From Octopus vulgaris (taxonomy: Eukaryota), in the NCBI GenBank assembly GCA_951406725.2, contig OX597828.1:73842001-73906000 (forward strand): DNA of 64,000 bases, read 5' to 3'. The first letter of the stretch is position 1. The number at the start of each line of letters is the position of its first letter. Positions 1-10,977 of the stretch are shown here, in pieces. A model generated the notes under the pieces. That model worked only from the letters and a program-made list of their open reading frames with translations. It ran no database searches and was not told the DNA's origin. Position numbers and translations under genes: made by a program.

Positions 1-130
1 CAAGACTTATACACACCCTGATACCGTCGGTATCTATATATCAAATTTGAGCGCAATCAGATAGAGGATACCCGAGATACTAGAAGACACACACACAGAC
101 AGACAGACAGAACAGATTTCACATAATAGA
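1..130 (-). mobile_element. 5' end of a non-autonomous Helitron-like element, running off the window
   Basis: Minus strand begins A|TCTATTATGTGAAAT, then (CTGT)n and GATTGCGCTCAAATTTG, the layout typical of invertebrate non-autonomous Helitrons. Confidence 0.5.
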
Positions 131-138
131 TATATATA

Positions 139-993
139 TTCAGGTGAAGGCCGGTTTATGTGATTACCTTGGGTTTCCCGTCCATAAAGGGATTAACTTT
201 ATGGCATATCTTCACACCCCAAGACCCCTTGGCCTATGACCTCTTTAACATATGTAGGAGAAAGTCTGGATTATCTCCTTTTGCTAATGGTTATCGACTT
301 TCGACTTTACTTCATCGATTAGTTATGTGGTTAAACCACGAGGGATGATTTCCCTTTCCGGTTGGCCATCAACTTCCGGTGGTTTTCAAAGGCCATCAGA
401 AATCTCCTAAAAGGCAAACATCGCCCGAAAATCTCCGTTCCGGAAATAAGCATAGCCCCTGACTCAAATGAGACCCTTAGGATTCTCGTGTGTTCAGCTA
501 TACATAGCTTGCAGCGTTTCGTCCTGTTAATGTAGGGGCCTGGGCTTTCGAGGATTTTCCATGAGATTGAGACTTCGAATGAGGATCCATAGTTGGAAAA
601 ACGTTTCTTGAATGAATTTTCGATACAAACAATCTATTTCCGTGGACGCGCGACGTAGGTGGTCCACCTATTATTGTCTTGTTGCCACTACTGATGCTGT
701 TGTTGTTCTGGCTATTGTTGATGTAGCTGGTCTTTCGGGAACGCCGAAATTTGACGGCTGAATGGGGAGAGAGAGATCTAATCCCCTGTTGCTGACCTTC
801 ATATAAGCTGATCGATAGCAGTACGGCAGAAAGTGGATAGCCATGAGCAAAGGGAGATAATCCAGATTTTTCCCCTCCATATTTAAAAGAGGATATAGGC
901 CAAGGGGTCTTGGGGTGTGAAGATACACTATAAAGTTAATCCCTTCATGGACGGCAAACCCAGAGTAACCCCATAAACCGGCCTTCACCAGAA
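139..993. mobile_element. MITE-like element with ~160-bp terminal inverted repeats
   Basis: 143-300 (GGTGAAGGCCGGTTTATG...) is the reverse complement of ~830-989 (...CATAAACCGGCCTTCACC). TA-rich flanks; no transposase ORF inside. Confidence 0.75.
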
Positions 994-1076
994 AAAATAT
1001 AGACTGTTCTACTTCGTCTCTGCATCTATGATTTTCTAAATACGATATACATATGTATATATATATATGTATATAT

Positions 1077-1422
1077 ACTTTATTTAAAGCAGCAGAAAAT
1101 TCAACAAAACCTGTTACTCTGAGTTTCCCATTGCCGTTCGTCGGACAGTTTTTGTTAGAATGGAACCGATATGTGAATTCTATCCAGACTACATGAATTC
1201 TATCCAGACTATATGAATTCTATCCAGACTATAGTCTGGATAGAATTAGAATTCACATATCGGTTCCATTCTAGCAAAAACTGTCCGACGGACAGCAATG
1301 GGAAACTCAGAGTAACAGGTTTTGTTGAATTTTCTACCGCTTTAAACAAAGCACATTACTCTACCACTGGTATTTGAGTACTCTTTTTTCTACCTTGTTT
1401 CACATTTATGTGTTTACTCCGG
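1077..1422 (+). mobile_element. Fold-back non-autonomous PLE-type element with a hammerhead-like motif
   Basis: 1077-1231 is the inverted copy of 1232-1352, followed by a unique tail to 1422. Three 20-nt tandem units lie at the apex. TA tracts on both sides. Motif CTGT-CCGACG(A/G)-...-GAAA-CTCAGAG-TA-ACAG at 1281-1318 (+) and 1111-1148 (-). Confidence 0.7.
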
Positions 1423-1632
1423 TATATATATATGTATATATATATATATATATAATAATAAATATTAGGGAATAAATCCAAATTTACAGGGAAAAAATCA
1501 GATTTAGGATTAAATCCAATTTTATAGTAAAATATTATAAAATATTATTAGAGACAAAACCACTATTTTGCAAAACAAACAAGGAAAGACTTAATCAATA
1601 CATAAAATTTTAATAAATAGTCAAAAAAACCG

Positions 1633-1675
1633 CCACTACAATTGTTTCTTGTCTTGATCGACAATCTTCAGGTGG
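1633..1675 (-). ncRNA. Type I hammerhead ribozyme (inverted pLTR copy)
   Basis: Exact reverse complement of 8944-8986. Confidence 0.85.
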
Positions 1676-2561
1676 ACTTCCAATCTAAAATATCAATATT
1701 TTAAAATATAAAAATAATAATTTTAAAATAATTAAAGTATGAATGAAAAAATATAAATATATAATCCATATATAACCTATATATAATCCATATATAATCA
1801 ATATATAAACAATATATAAACTAAAATAAACCTATCAACAATTAAGTATAAAATATAAAATATAAAATATAAAATATAAAACAAAACAAAAAAATAATAA
1901 TAATATAATAATAAACTATATATACACCCATACACATATAACTAATTATATATAACCATATCTAACTACATACACTAAATCACACACCTATATATATATA
2001 TCCCTATACATACACATAAAAACGTCTAGGCAACTATAAATAAATAAAATAGCTAAATACTTCAACACAATACTTATTCATACTCCCACACACACACATA
2101 CAACCCACATTCAGGCTCTAGAAAACGGACATCACTTAAAATTATGAACGGAGAAATGGAATAAATGGAATTAAAAATTATATTCACTTGGTAAAACGAA
2201 CACTACTTAAAAATTATGAATGAAACAATGCAATAAAACAACAGACATCGCAAATAGGCACAAATTACTACGAATTCCTTAACAAACCTACCATGATAAA
2301 CCAAAACTCATAAAAACATATATTGATAAAATCTCCCTTTACTAAACTCTATAACATACCTATATAGCAATCCCCCTAACCTAAACATTCACACACAAAT
2401 ACACACACGTAAACCACACACCCACGACATATACAAATACCCACACCACTTACACATACCTATACATACATATAAACCTCAACATATACTCCAAAAACCC
2501 ACTCAACCCCACACAGACAAATAAGATCGGCTTTACGCCTCACCAAACACTGCAAGATATA

Positions 2562-3212
2562 GACGCTAAATTATGGGCTAGGAATGATACTAGAGATTGT
2601 TTTGATATACATATGGGAGCACCAGATTCTGCACAGGCTACTGATTTAGTAGGTATTTTTCTTTTATCTGAACTCCAATTAGAAAATCTTAAGATAGAGG
2701 GTGGTTTATATAGAGACGATCTTCTACTAGTTACAAAGAATTGTACTAATAGGAATCTAGAAGTATATAAGAAAAAACTATATAGTTTCTTTAAAAGATA
2801 TGGTTTAAGTATTACTATATATAAGGAGAATTATAATGTTAATTATTTAGATGTTAATTTTAATCTTATTACAGGTAAAACACAACCATATCATAAACTT
2901 AATGAGAACCTTAGATATATAAATGTTAATAGTAATCACCCATTTTCTATTAAAAAATCGTTGATTAATAATATAAGTAAACGTATTTCATTACTCTCTT
3001 ATGATATAGAGATTTTTAATAAACATGCTAATTATTATAATGAGGCCCTTAGAGGGGCAGGTTATAATAGGAATATTAAATTTTATAATATTAGTGATAA
3101 AGATTTAAATGATAATTTTCAAGATACTTCTAATAATAATTATAATTTTGTTAGGTTTAGTGGTAAAAATAATAGATATTATAAAAAAAATAATAAAAAT
3201 GATAAAAATATA

Positions 3213-3247
<35 letters not shown>

Positions 3248-4160
3248 TAATAATAATAATAATACAAATAAGAATAATAAAAATAAAAATAAATTTAATA
3301 ATTATTATAATAATTATATTGATAAAATTAATAATATTAATAATTCCTTAAATGCTGTACATAGATATAATTCTGATAATAATTTTAATAAAATAAAGAA
3401 TTATAAATATATTTATAATAATGATAATAATAATAAGGTTAATAAGAATAAAATTTGGTTAATAGTTCCTTATGGAGATCAAGTAAAAACGAATATTATT
3501 AAAGAGATTTTTGATGTTATAGAACTATTTATTAGAGATAATCGTAAATATAGAAACATTTTCTCTTTTAATAATTTTGGAGTTGGTTATTCTACCACTA
3601 ATAATGTTGGTAACATTATTTCTTCATTTAATAAATATAAACTGAATAATTTTTATAAAAAGAAATTATTTGATAATAATATTAATAATGATAAGACTTA
3701 TATTAATTGTACATGTAGAGATAAATCTAATTGTATATTAAATAATAATTGTGATATTAACGATGTAGTGTATAAATGTATAGTTACATTACATGATAAT
3801 AACTTTAAGAATAATAATTACCCAAAAGCGGTTTATATAGGTTCTACTTCCTCAAAAATAAAACTAAGAATCGCACAACATATGAATTCTTTTAAAAATA
3901 AAAACTTAATCAACTCAACCGGACTTAGTAAGTACATTTGGAGTCTTAAATCACTAAATATTAATTATAGTTTAATTTGGGAAATAATTTGTAAAACTAA
4001 ATCATATACTATAGGAGCTAATTGTTGTTATTTATGCTCTAATGAGTTTAAAGAAATTTTATTTTATAAGTATGATAATTTACTTAATACTGGTGAAGAG
4101 CGCAAAATAAAATGCAGACATAAGTTACTTTACCTATATAATAAGTTTCATGATAAATAG
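2562..4160 (+). CDS. 5'-truncated PLE polyprotein: RT motifs 4-7, thumb, Asn-rich insert, C-terminal GIY-YIG endonuclease (probably Hydra clade)
   Basis: The frame is open upstream of the listed Met (W-ARNDTRDCFDIHMGAPDSAQATDLVG). Motifs GLYRDD, VNYLDVNF, YHK..YIN.NSNHP, CTCRDKSNC, VVYKC...VYIGST, R..QH, CYLCSNE, LLN, KCRH. N-terminal RT motifs are missing. Confidence 0.92.
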
Positions 4161-6425
4161 CATTAATAGTTCCCTATTAGGTTACTTTAGTTTAGTTTAA
4201 ATTAGTTTAGATAATTATATTTTTTGGTTATGTAGTCTAGGCTTTAATTATAGTTAGTCTTTATTGATATTTCTTTGTTTTAATTAGTTCATTTTTAATG
4301 TATATTAATATAACAGTTTATGGTATGTTCAAACTTTAATAATTTATATTAGATTTTTTTATTTTCTTTATTTATATATTTTTTTTTTTTTTATTTTATT
4401 TTATTATGTATTTTTATTATGCATTTGTTATATGTATTTTGGAGGATATATTTATATGTTGATGGGTGTTATTTAGTGGTGTATTTATTGAGTTTTGTAT
4501 GTATGTGTGAATGTTTACGATCCCTTTGTTTTTTGTTTTTTATTTGGTATGTTGAATTGACAGATTTTATTTGGGTATTGTCTGTTATAATAAAGTACAC
4601 ACACCCATAACAAATATAAGTGCCCACTTCATTCGCGCGTATCTGGAATTGCATGTGAGCCTCAACATATACACCAAACGGCCACTCCCGCCCCACACGG
4701 ACAAATAAACACATACATCCCCAAAAATGGGCGTAATCCCACTCACACCAATCATATATGTATACAATTATACACACTAGAATAATACATAACTAACCCA
4801 AATATACAGAACATACCAAAAATCACCAATAAACCACCATCACAAATGAAACCCACACCCATACAATGACAAAACTCCCCCTCCATACCCAATTTACACC
4901 CACATAGCAATCCCAATATTTTCATCCATACATGGACGCACGGGCGTGAAGCACATGCACACAACAAATACGTACAACCCCCCCAATACACACTCATATA
5001 CATACGTATTAAGCTCGACATCCACAGCAATACGCATACACCCACTCACACCCAGATGGGTGAGTTGCACAACCAGGGAACGCACAAACACGTGTGCGTA
5101 TTTTGATTGTGCAATTCGCCCATCTGCATGTATGCGGGCGCGATTACACCGTTGCACATATCGAGCCCAACTAGCATGCATATGTACATGTGAGGGGGTA
5201 CACGCACATGCCGTGCGCGTGTACCCCCTGCATTTATACCCGTGCGTGAATATACACATGGAGACTACCACACAGGTTCAAATGTGTATAGTAAAGGGAG
5301 CCCCATCACTTCACTCAATGTATACTCTCACCCATCCGCACGGATGTGAAAGCGAATCACCGGTGTATATATTGAGGCTAATACGTAGCGCTGTGGAGTT
5401 GAACGTCGTTGAAATTGTGAATGAATGGGTGGAGTTGGGAATTGTAACCGGGTGGTGGGCTAGCGTTGCTTGGAATTGGGAATGGAATAGTGTAGTAGTA
5501 AGGCAGGCATCGAGAATAGACTTGGGTTACTGCAAGTTGTTTGTTAGAGCTGCTAAGATGAGCTAAAGCTCATAAATGTATATAATAATTTATCATGGTA
5601 GTTTTATTAAAGAATCCATTCATAATAAATTTTTTTTTTTAAGTAGTGATGGTTTGCCACGTGTATATAGTTTTTAGTTCCATTTATTCTATTTCTCCAT
5701 TCATAATTTTAAATGACGTTTACTTTCCATGGCGCGTATTCTTTTTATACATAAGTTATATTTCTATGGTAACGTAATTTTGGTTTGATTTTTTTAACGG
5801 CTAAGAATTTAATTTCACTTCATAATTTGAAACTGACTTGTAAGTATGTATTTTATTTCTCCTTATGTCATATTGTTATTTTTGATATTCTGGTTAATTA
5901 CGATGTATTTAATGTTGTTTTTCATTGGAGTGTTTATGTATATGAGATTGTGTGTGAGTTTTTAGTTGTATAATTTATTTATCTGTATGAGTGTGGGTGT
6001 GTAAATATTGTTGTATATATCGAGTTTAGTGAGTATGTATATGCGTATATGTGAGGGAGTATATGTATCTGTTGTATGTGTGTGTTTTGCGTGTGTGTGT
6101 GTTTGTGTGTGAATGTGTATATGGGTTTGTTATTTAGGTTTTGGGATGTATGTGTTAATTTGTCTGTGTGGGGAGGGAGTGGGTTTTTGGTGTATATTGA
6201 GGTTTATAAGTTAGTATAGGTATGTGTGAGTGAGGTGGGTATTTGTATAAGTCGTGGGTCTGTGGTTTACGTGTGTGTATTTGTGTGTGAATGTTTAGGT
6301 TAGGGGGATTGCTATATAGGTTTGTTATAGAGTTTAGCAAAGGGAGATTTTATCGTTATATGTTTTTAAGAGTTTGGTTTATCATGGTTTTTTTTTAGGG
6401 AATTCGTGGTAATTTGTCTATTTTC

Positions 6426-8916
6426 GATGTTGGTTGTTTTATTACATTGTTTCATTCATAATTTTTGAGTGGTGTTCGTTTTGCCACGTGAATATTATTT
6501 TTAGTTCCATTTATTCCATTTCTCCATTCATTATTTTAAAAGATGTTCGTTTCCAGAGCGGTTATACTTTTTATACATATGTTAAGTTCCTTGGTAAAGT
6601 AATTTTGTTTGGTGTATATGTTGAGGCTTATATGTACTTGTGGGGGTGTGTGAGTGGGGTGGGTGTTTGTATTTGTTATGGGTGTGTGGTTTACGTGTGT
6701 GTATTTGTGTGTGAATGTATAGGTTAAAGGGATTGCTATATAAGTATGTTATAGTGTTTAGTAAAGGGAGGTTTTATCATTTATGTTTTTGTGAGTTTTA
6801 GCTTATCATGGTAGTTTTATAAAAGAATCCATTCATAATTTTTGTGTTTATTTGTCTGTGTGGGGTTGAGTGGGTTTTTGGAGTATATGTTGAGGTTTAT
6901 ATGTATGTATAGGTATGTGTAAGTGGTGTGGGTATTTGTATATGTCGTGGGTGTGTGGTTTACGTGTGTGTATTTGTGTGTGAATGTTTAGGTTAGGGGG
7001 ATTGCTATATAGGTATGTTATAGAGTTTAGTAAAGGGAGATTTTATCAATATATGTTTTTATGAGTTTTGGTTTATCATGGTAGGTTTGTTAAGGAATTC
7101 GTAGTAATTTGTGCCTATTTGCGATGTCTGTTGTTTTATTGCATTGTTTCATTCATAATTTTTAAGTAGTGTTCGTTTTACCAAGTGAATATAATTTTTA
7201 ATTCCATTTATTCCATTTCTCCGTTCATAATTTTAAGTGATGTCCGTTTTCTAGAGCGTGAATGTGGGTTGTATGTGTGTGTGTGGGAGTATGAATAAGT
7301 ATTGTGTTGAAGTATTTAGCTATTTTATTTATTTATAGTTGCCTAGACGTTTTTATGTGTATGTATAGGGATATATATATAGGTGTGTGATTTAGTGTAT
7401 GTAGTTAGATATGGTTATATATAATTAGTTATATGTGTATGGGTGTATATATAGTTTATTATTATATTATTATTATTTTTTTGTTTTGTATTTATATTTT
7501 ATATTTTATATTTTATATTTTATACTTAATTGTTGATAGGTTTATTTTAGTTTATATATTGTTTATATATTGATTATATATGGATTATATATAGGTTATA
7601 TATGGATTATATATTTATATTTTTTCATTCATACTTTAATTATTTTAAAATTATTATTTTTATATTTTATTTCCGATGTTGGTTATTTTATTACATTGTT
7701 TCATTCATAATTTTTGAGTGGTGTTCGTTTTGCCACGTGAATATTATTTTTAGTTCCATTTATTCCATTTCTCCATTCATTATTTTAAAAGATGTTCGTT
7801 TCCAGAGCGGTTATACTTTTTATACATATGTTAAGTTCCTTGGTAAAGTAATTTTGTTTGGTGTATATGTTGAGGCTTATATGTACTTGTGGGGGTGTGT
7901 GAGTGGGGTGGGTGTTTGTATTTGTTATGGGTGTGTGGTTTACGTGTGTGTATTTGTGTGTGAATGTATAGGTTAAAGGGATTGCTATATAAGTATGTTA
8001 TAGTGTTTAGTAAAGGAGGTTTTATCATTTATGTTTTTGTGAGTTTTAGCTTATCATGGTAGTTTTATAAAAGAATCCATTCATAATTTTTGTGTTTATT
8101 TGTCTGTGTGGGGTTGAGTGGGTTTTTGGAGTATATGTTGAGGTTTATATGTATGTATAGGTATGTGTAAGTGGTGTGGGTATTTGTATATGTCGTGGGT
8201 GTGTGGTTTACGTGTGTGTATTTGTGTGTGAATGTTTAGGTTAGGGGGATTGCTATATAGGTATGTTATAGAGTTTAGTAAAGGGAGATTTTATCAATAT
8301 ATGTTTTTATGAGTTTTGGTTTATCATGGTAGGTTTGTTAAGGAATTCGTAGTAATTTGTGCCTATTTGCGATGTCTGTTGTTTTATTGCATTGTTTCAT
8401 TCATAATTTTAAGTAGTGTTCGTTTTACCAAGTGAATATAATTTTTAATTCCATTTATTCCATTTCTCCGTTCATAATTTTAAGTGATGTCCGTTTTCTA
8501 GAGCGTGAATGTGGGTTGTATGTGTGTGTGTGGGAGTATGAATAAGTATTGTGTTGAAGTATTTAGCTATTTTATTTATTTATAGTTGCCTAGACGTTTT
8601 TATGTGTATGTATAGGGATATATATATAGGTGTGTGATTTAGTGTATGTAGTTAGATATGGTTATATATAATTAGTTATATGTGTATGGGTGTATATATA
8701 GTTTATTATTATATTATTATTATTTTTTTGTTTTATATTTTATATTTTATATTTTATATTTTATATTTTATACTTAATTGTTGATAGGTTTATTTTAGTT
8801 TATATATTGTTTATATATTGATTATATATGGATTATATATAGGTTATATATGGATTATATATTTATATTTTTTCATTCATACTTTAATTATTTTAAAATT
8901 ATTATTTTTATATTTT
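6426..8916 (+). repeat. Near-identical tandem duplication (~1249-bp period) in the PLE 3' region, built from shorter diverged subrepeats
   Basis: 6426-7668 matches 7675-8916. ORF-track peptides 6434-6727 and 7602-7976 share identical C-termini. Confidence 0.9.
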
Positions 8917-8943
8917 AAAATATTGATATTTTAGATTGGAAGT

Positions 8944-8986
8944 CCACCTGAAGATTGTCGATCAAGACAAGAAACAATTGTAGTGG
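8944..8986 (+). ncRNA. Type I hammerhead ribozyme in the PLE pseudo-LTR
   Basis: CCAC-CTGAAGA-TTGTC(GATCAA)GACAA-GAAA-CAATTG-TA-GTGG: intact CUGANGA/GAAA core, palindromic stem III, GUA cleavage triplet. Confidence 0.88.
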
Positions 8987-9073
8987 CGGTTTTTTTGACT
9001 ATTTATTAAAATTTTATGTATTGATTAAGTCTTTCCTTGTTTGTTTTGCAAAATAGTGGTTTTGTCTCTAATA

Positions 9074-9137
<64 letters not shown>

Positions 9138-9138
<1 letters not shown>

Positions 9139-9210
9139 GTAACCACATGTGAATCGCTGGCGATTTTCTACCTCCGTCTTCCTTTTCTATTGGAGTTTCC
9201 TCTGTTTCTG
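9138..9210 (+). mobile_element. Fragment of the hammerhead element family seen at 31546-31785
   Basis: TGTAACC...TCGCTGGCGATTTTCT...TCTTCC...TTTCTGA aligns to the reverse complement of 31681-31759 and stops inside the CTGA core. Confidence 0.6.
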
Positions 9211-9432
9211 AGTCGTGGCAGGCCGTGCAAGACGGCACTGAAGTCCACCCTGCGTTCACACTCGCTACTCGACCCGAACAATCAGTCAAAATGCTGTTGA
9301 AAGGCCTCACACATTTTACTTGGCTCGAGTAATTGGCACCACTGTTCATCTACCAGAGACCGAATGGTTTCTTTGTTACCCGTTGCGACCCCGACACCCG
9401 GGCCTCTCGCGCGGCTCCAACACCTTTGTTCC

Positions 9433-9433
<1 letters not shown>
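9205..9433 (-). pseudogene. Tx1/L1-type LINE ORF2 fragment (endonuclease-RT linker)
   Basis: Minus translation ETIRSLVDEQWCQLLEPSKMCEAFQQHFD*LF...DFSAVLHGLPRL resembles the L1/Tx1 ORF2 linker. It abuts (GATA)n like the copy at 10978-12245. Confidence 0.6.
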
Positions 9434-9507
<74 letters not shown>

Positions 9508-9632
9508 CAGATAGATAGATAGATGCGGTGAAGCATTTTAATCCCGGCGACAAAACTCACAAACAGGAGTGTACATACAAAACTGGTTTGCACTGCTTAT
9601 TCAGACCGAGTTACACTGGCACTCCTCTCACA

Positions 9633-9691
<59 letters not shown>

Positions 9692-9746
9692 TCTGCGAAG
9701 GTTTATTTAAACTATTTGTTAAAATATCTGAAAAGTAATTAGGTGT

Positions 9747-9818
<72 letters not shown>

Positions 9819-10138
9819 ATGTGTGTGAGTGTGTCTACATATAGTGTGAATATAAAAGAGTATTTTGTGCTGCTAGCAATATGTTGTAGATTTTGGGTAC
9901 CATCGACGTTATGTACGAGAGATTGGATTTTCTTTCTATAAAATTTGAAAATGTTTTACATTACTAAATATTGAAAACTTAAATAGCTCGAAGGATGGTT
10001 ATGTACTTTTGCGTACACGCACAAAGACACACACACACAGACATATACACATGAACGTAAACACCGATATACATAAAAATGTTTGTGTTTTTGCGTGTGT
10101 GTGTGTGTGTGTGTACATTCAAATGTGTAAATGTACAG

Positions 10139-10367
10139 ATGAGGTGGGGGCCGGGTACTGAAAAGTTCCTGGCTTTGGGTAATAGAAAATACTGGAGGAT
10201 CAGTTAATTATGATTTTATTCAATATTACCCCCTCTCAAACCCAAAAATTTATTGCATTTGTCCTTTAGTTTTTTTCTAGGCCCTGTAAAAGTACTTGGA
10301 ATGTTGGGCCCCCGACCAGACATTTCGCGAAACCCTTTCAGCCAGGAACTTTTCAGCACTCCTCGTA
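10139..10367. mobile_element. Mariner-type MITE
   Basis: TIR core CTGAAAAGTTCCTGGCT / AGCCAGGAACTTTTCAG. The right end is ...CCTCG-TA, as in mariner TIRs. Confidence 0.7.
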
Positions 10368-10482
10368 TACGTATTCATCTATGTGAATGCATATATTGCA
10401 CACAGAATAATAGGCAGACAGACAGACATGCTGACAGACGGACAGGCAGGCAGGCAGCCGGACAGGCGGATATGTAAATATA

Positions 10483-10677
10483 TTTTCTGCTCTAGGCACA
10501 AGCCCCGAAATTTTTGATGAGTCTGCCAGTTGATTAGATCGACCCCAGTACACAACCGACACTTAATTTATCCACCTCGAAAGGAAAAAAAAGGTAAAGT
10601 CGACCTCGGCGAAATTTGAACTCAGAACGTAAAAACAGACGAAATTCGTGCTAACGTTTTTGCCAGCTCACCGCCTT
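10483..10677 (-). mobile_element. tRNA-derived SINE, family B, with a 13-bp target-site duplication
   Basis: Head GGCGGTGAGCTGGCA, GAGTTCAAATT B-box and GTCGACTTT body. GATATGTAAATAT occurs at 10469 and 10679. Confidence 0.8.
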
Positions 10678-10977
10678 AGATATGTAAATATTAAAATGTA
10701 TTTTGTGCTGCTAACCATAATTATAAACAGCAGATATATCGTAGAATTTGAGTTCTGTCTATGTTATGTACGGAGTAATAAATATGTTTAGTATTTGAAT
10801 ATATTTTACCTTACTAACTATTAAAGTCGTCAATTGTTCGAAGGATATATAGATATATACATATATGCACGATATATATTATAAAGAAACATCTCGTATA
10901 CTCATCGATAGATAGATAGATAGATAGATAGATAGAGATAATAGAGAGATAGAGAGATAGAGAGATAGATAGATAGA

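Larger units (their letters stand above)
1458..9083 (+). mobile_element. Penelope-like retroelement: inverted pseudo-LTR arm, 5'-truncated ORF and very long 3' region, in a (TA)n tract
   Basis: 1536-2524 is a near-identical reverse complement of 8096-9083. RT/GIY-YIG ORF lies between them. A hammerhead is present in both arms, and (TA)n flanks both ends. Confidence 0.92.

Noticed and set aside
4419-5566. Overlapping ORFs, including the 206-aa 4946-5566, in the PLE 3' region
   Set aside because: They arise from strand-skewed repeat sequence and show no recognisable motifs.
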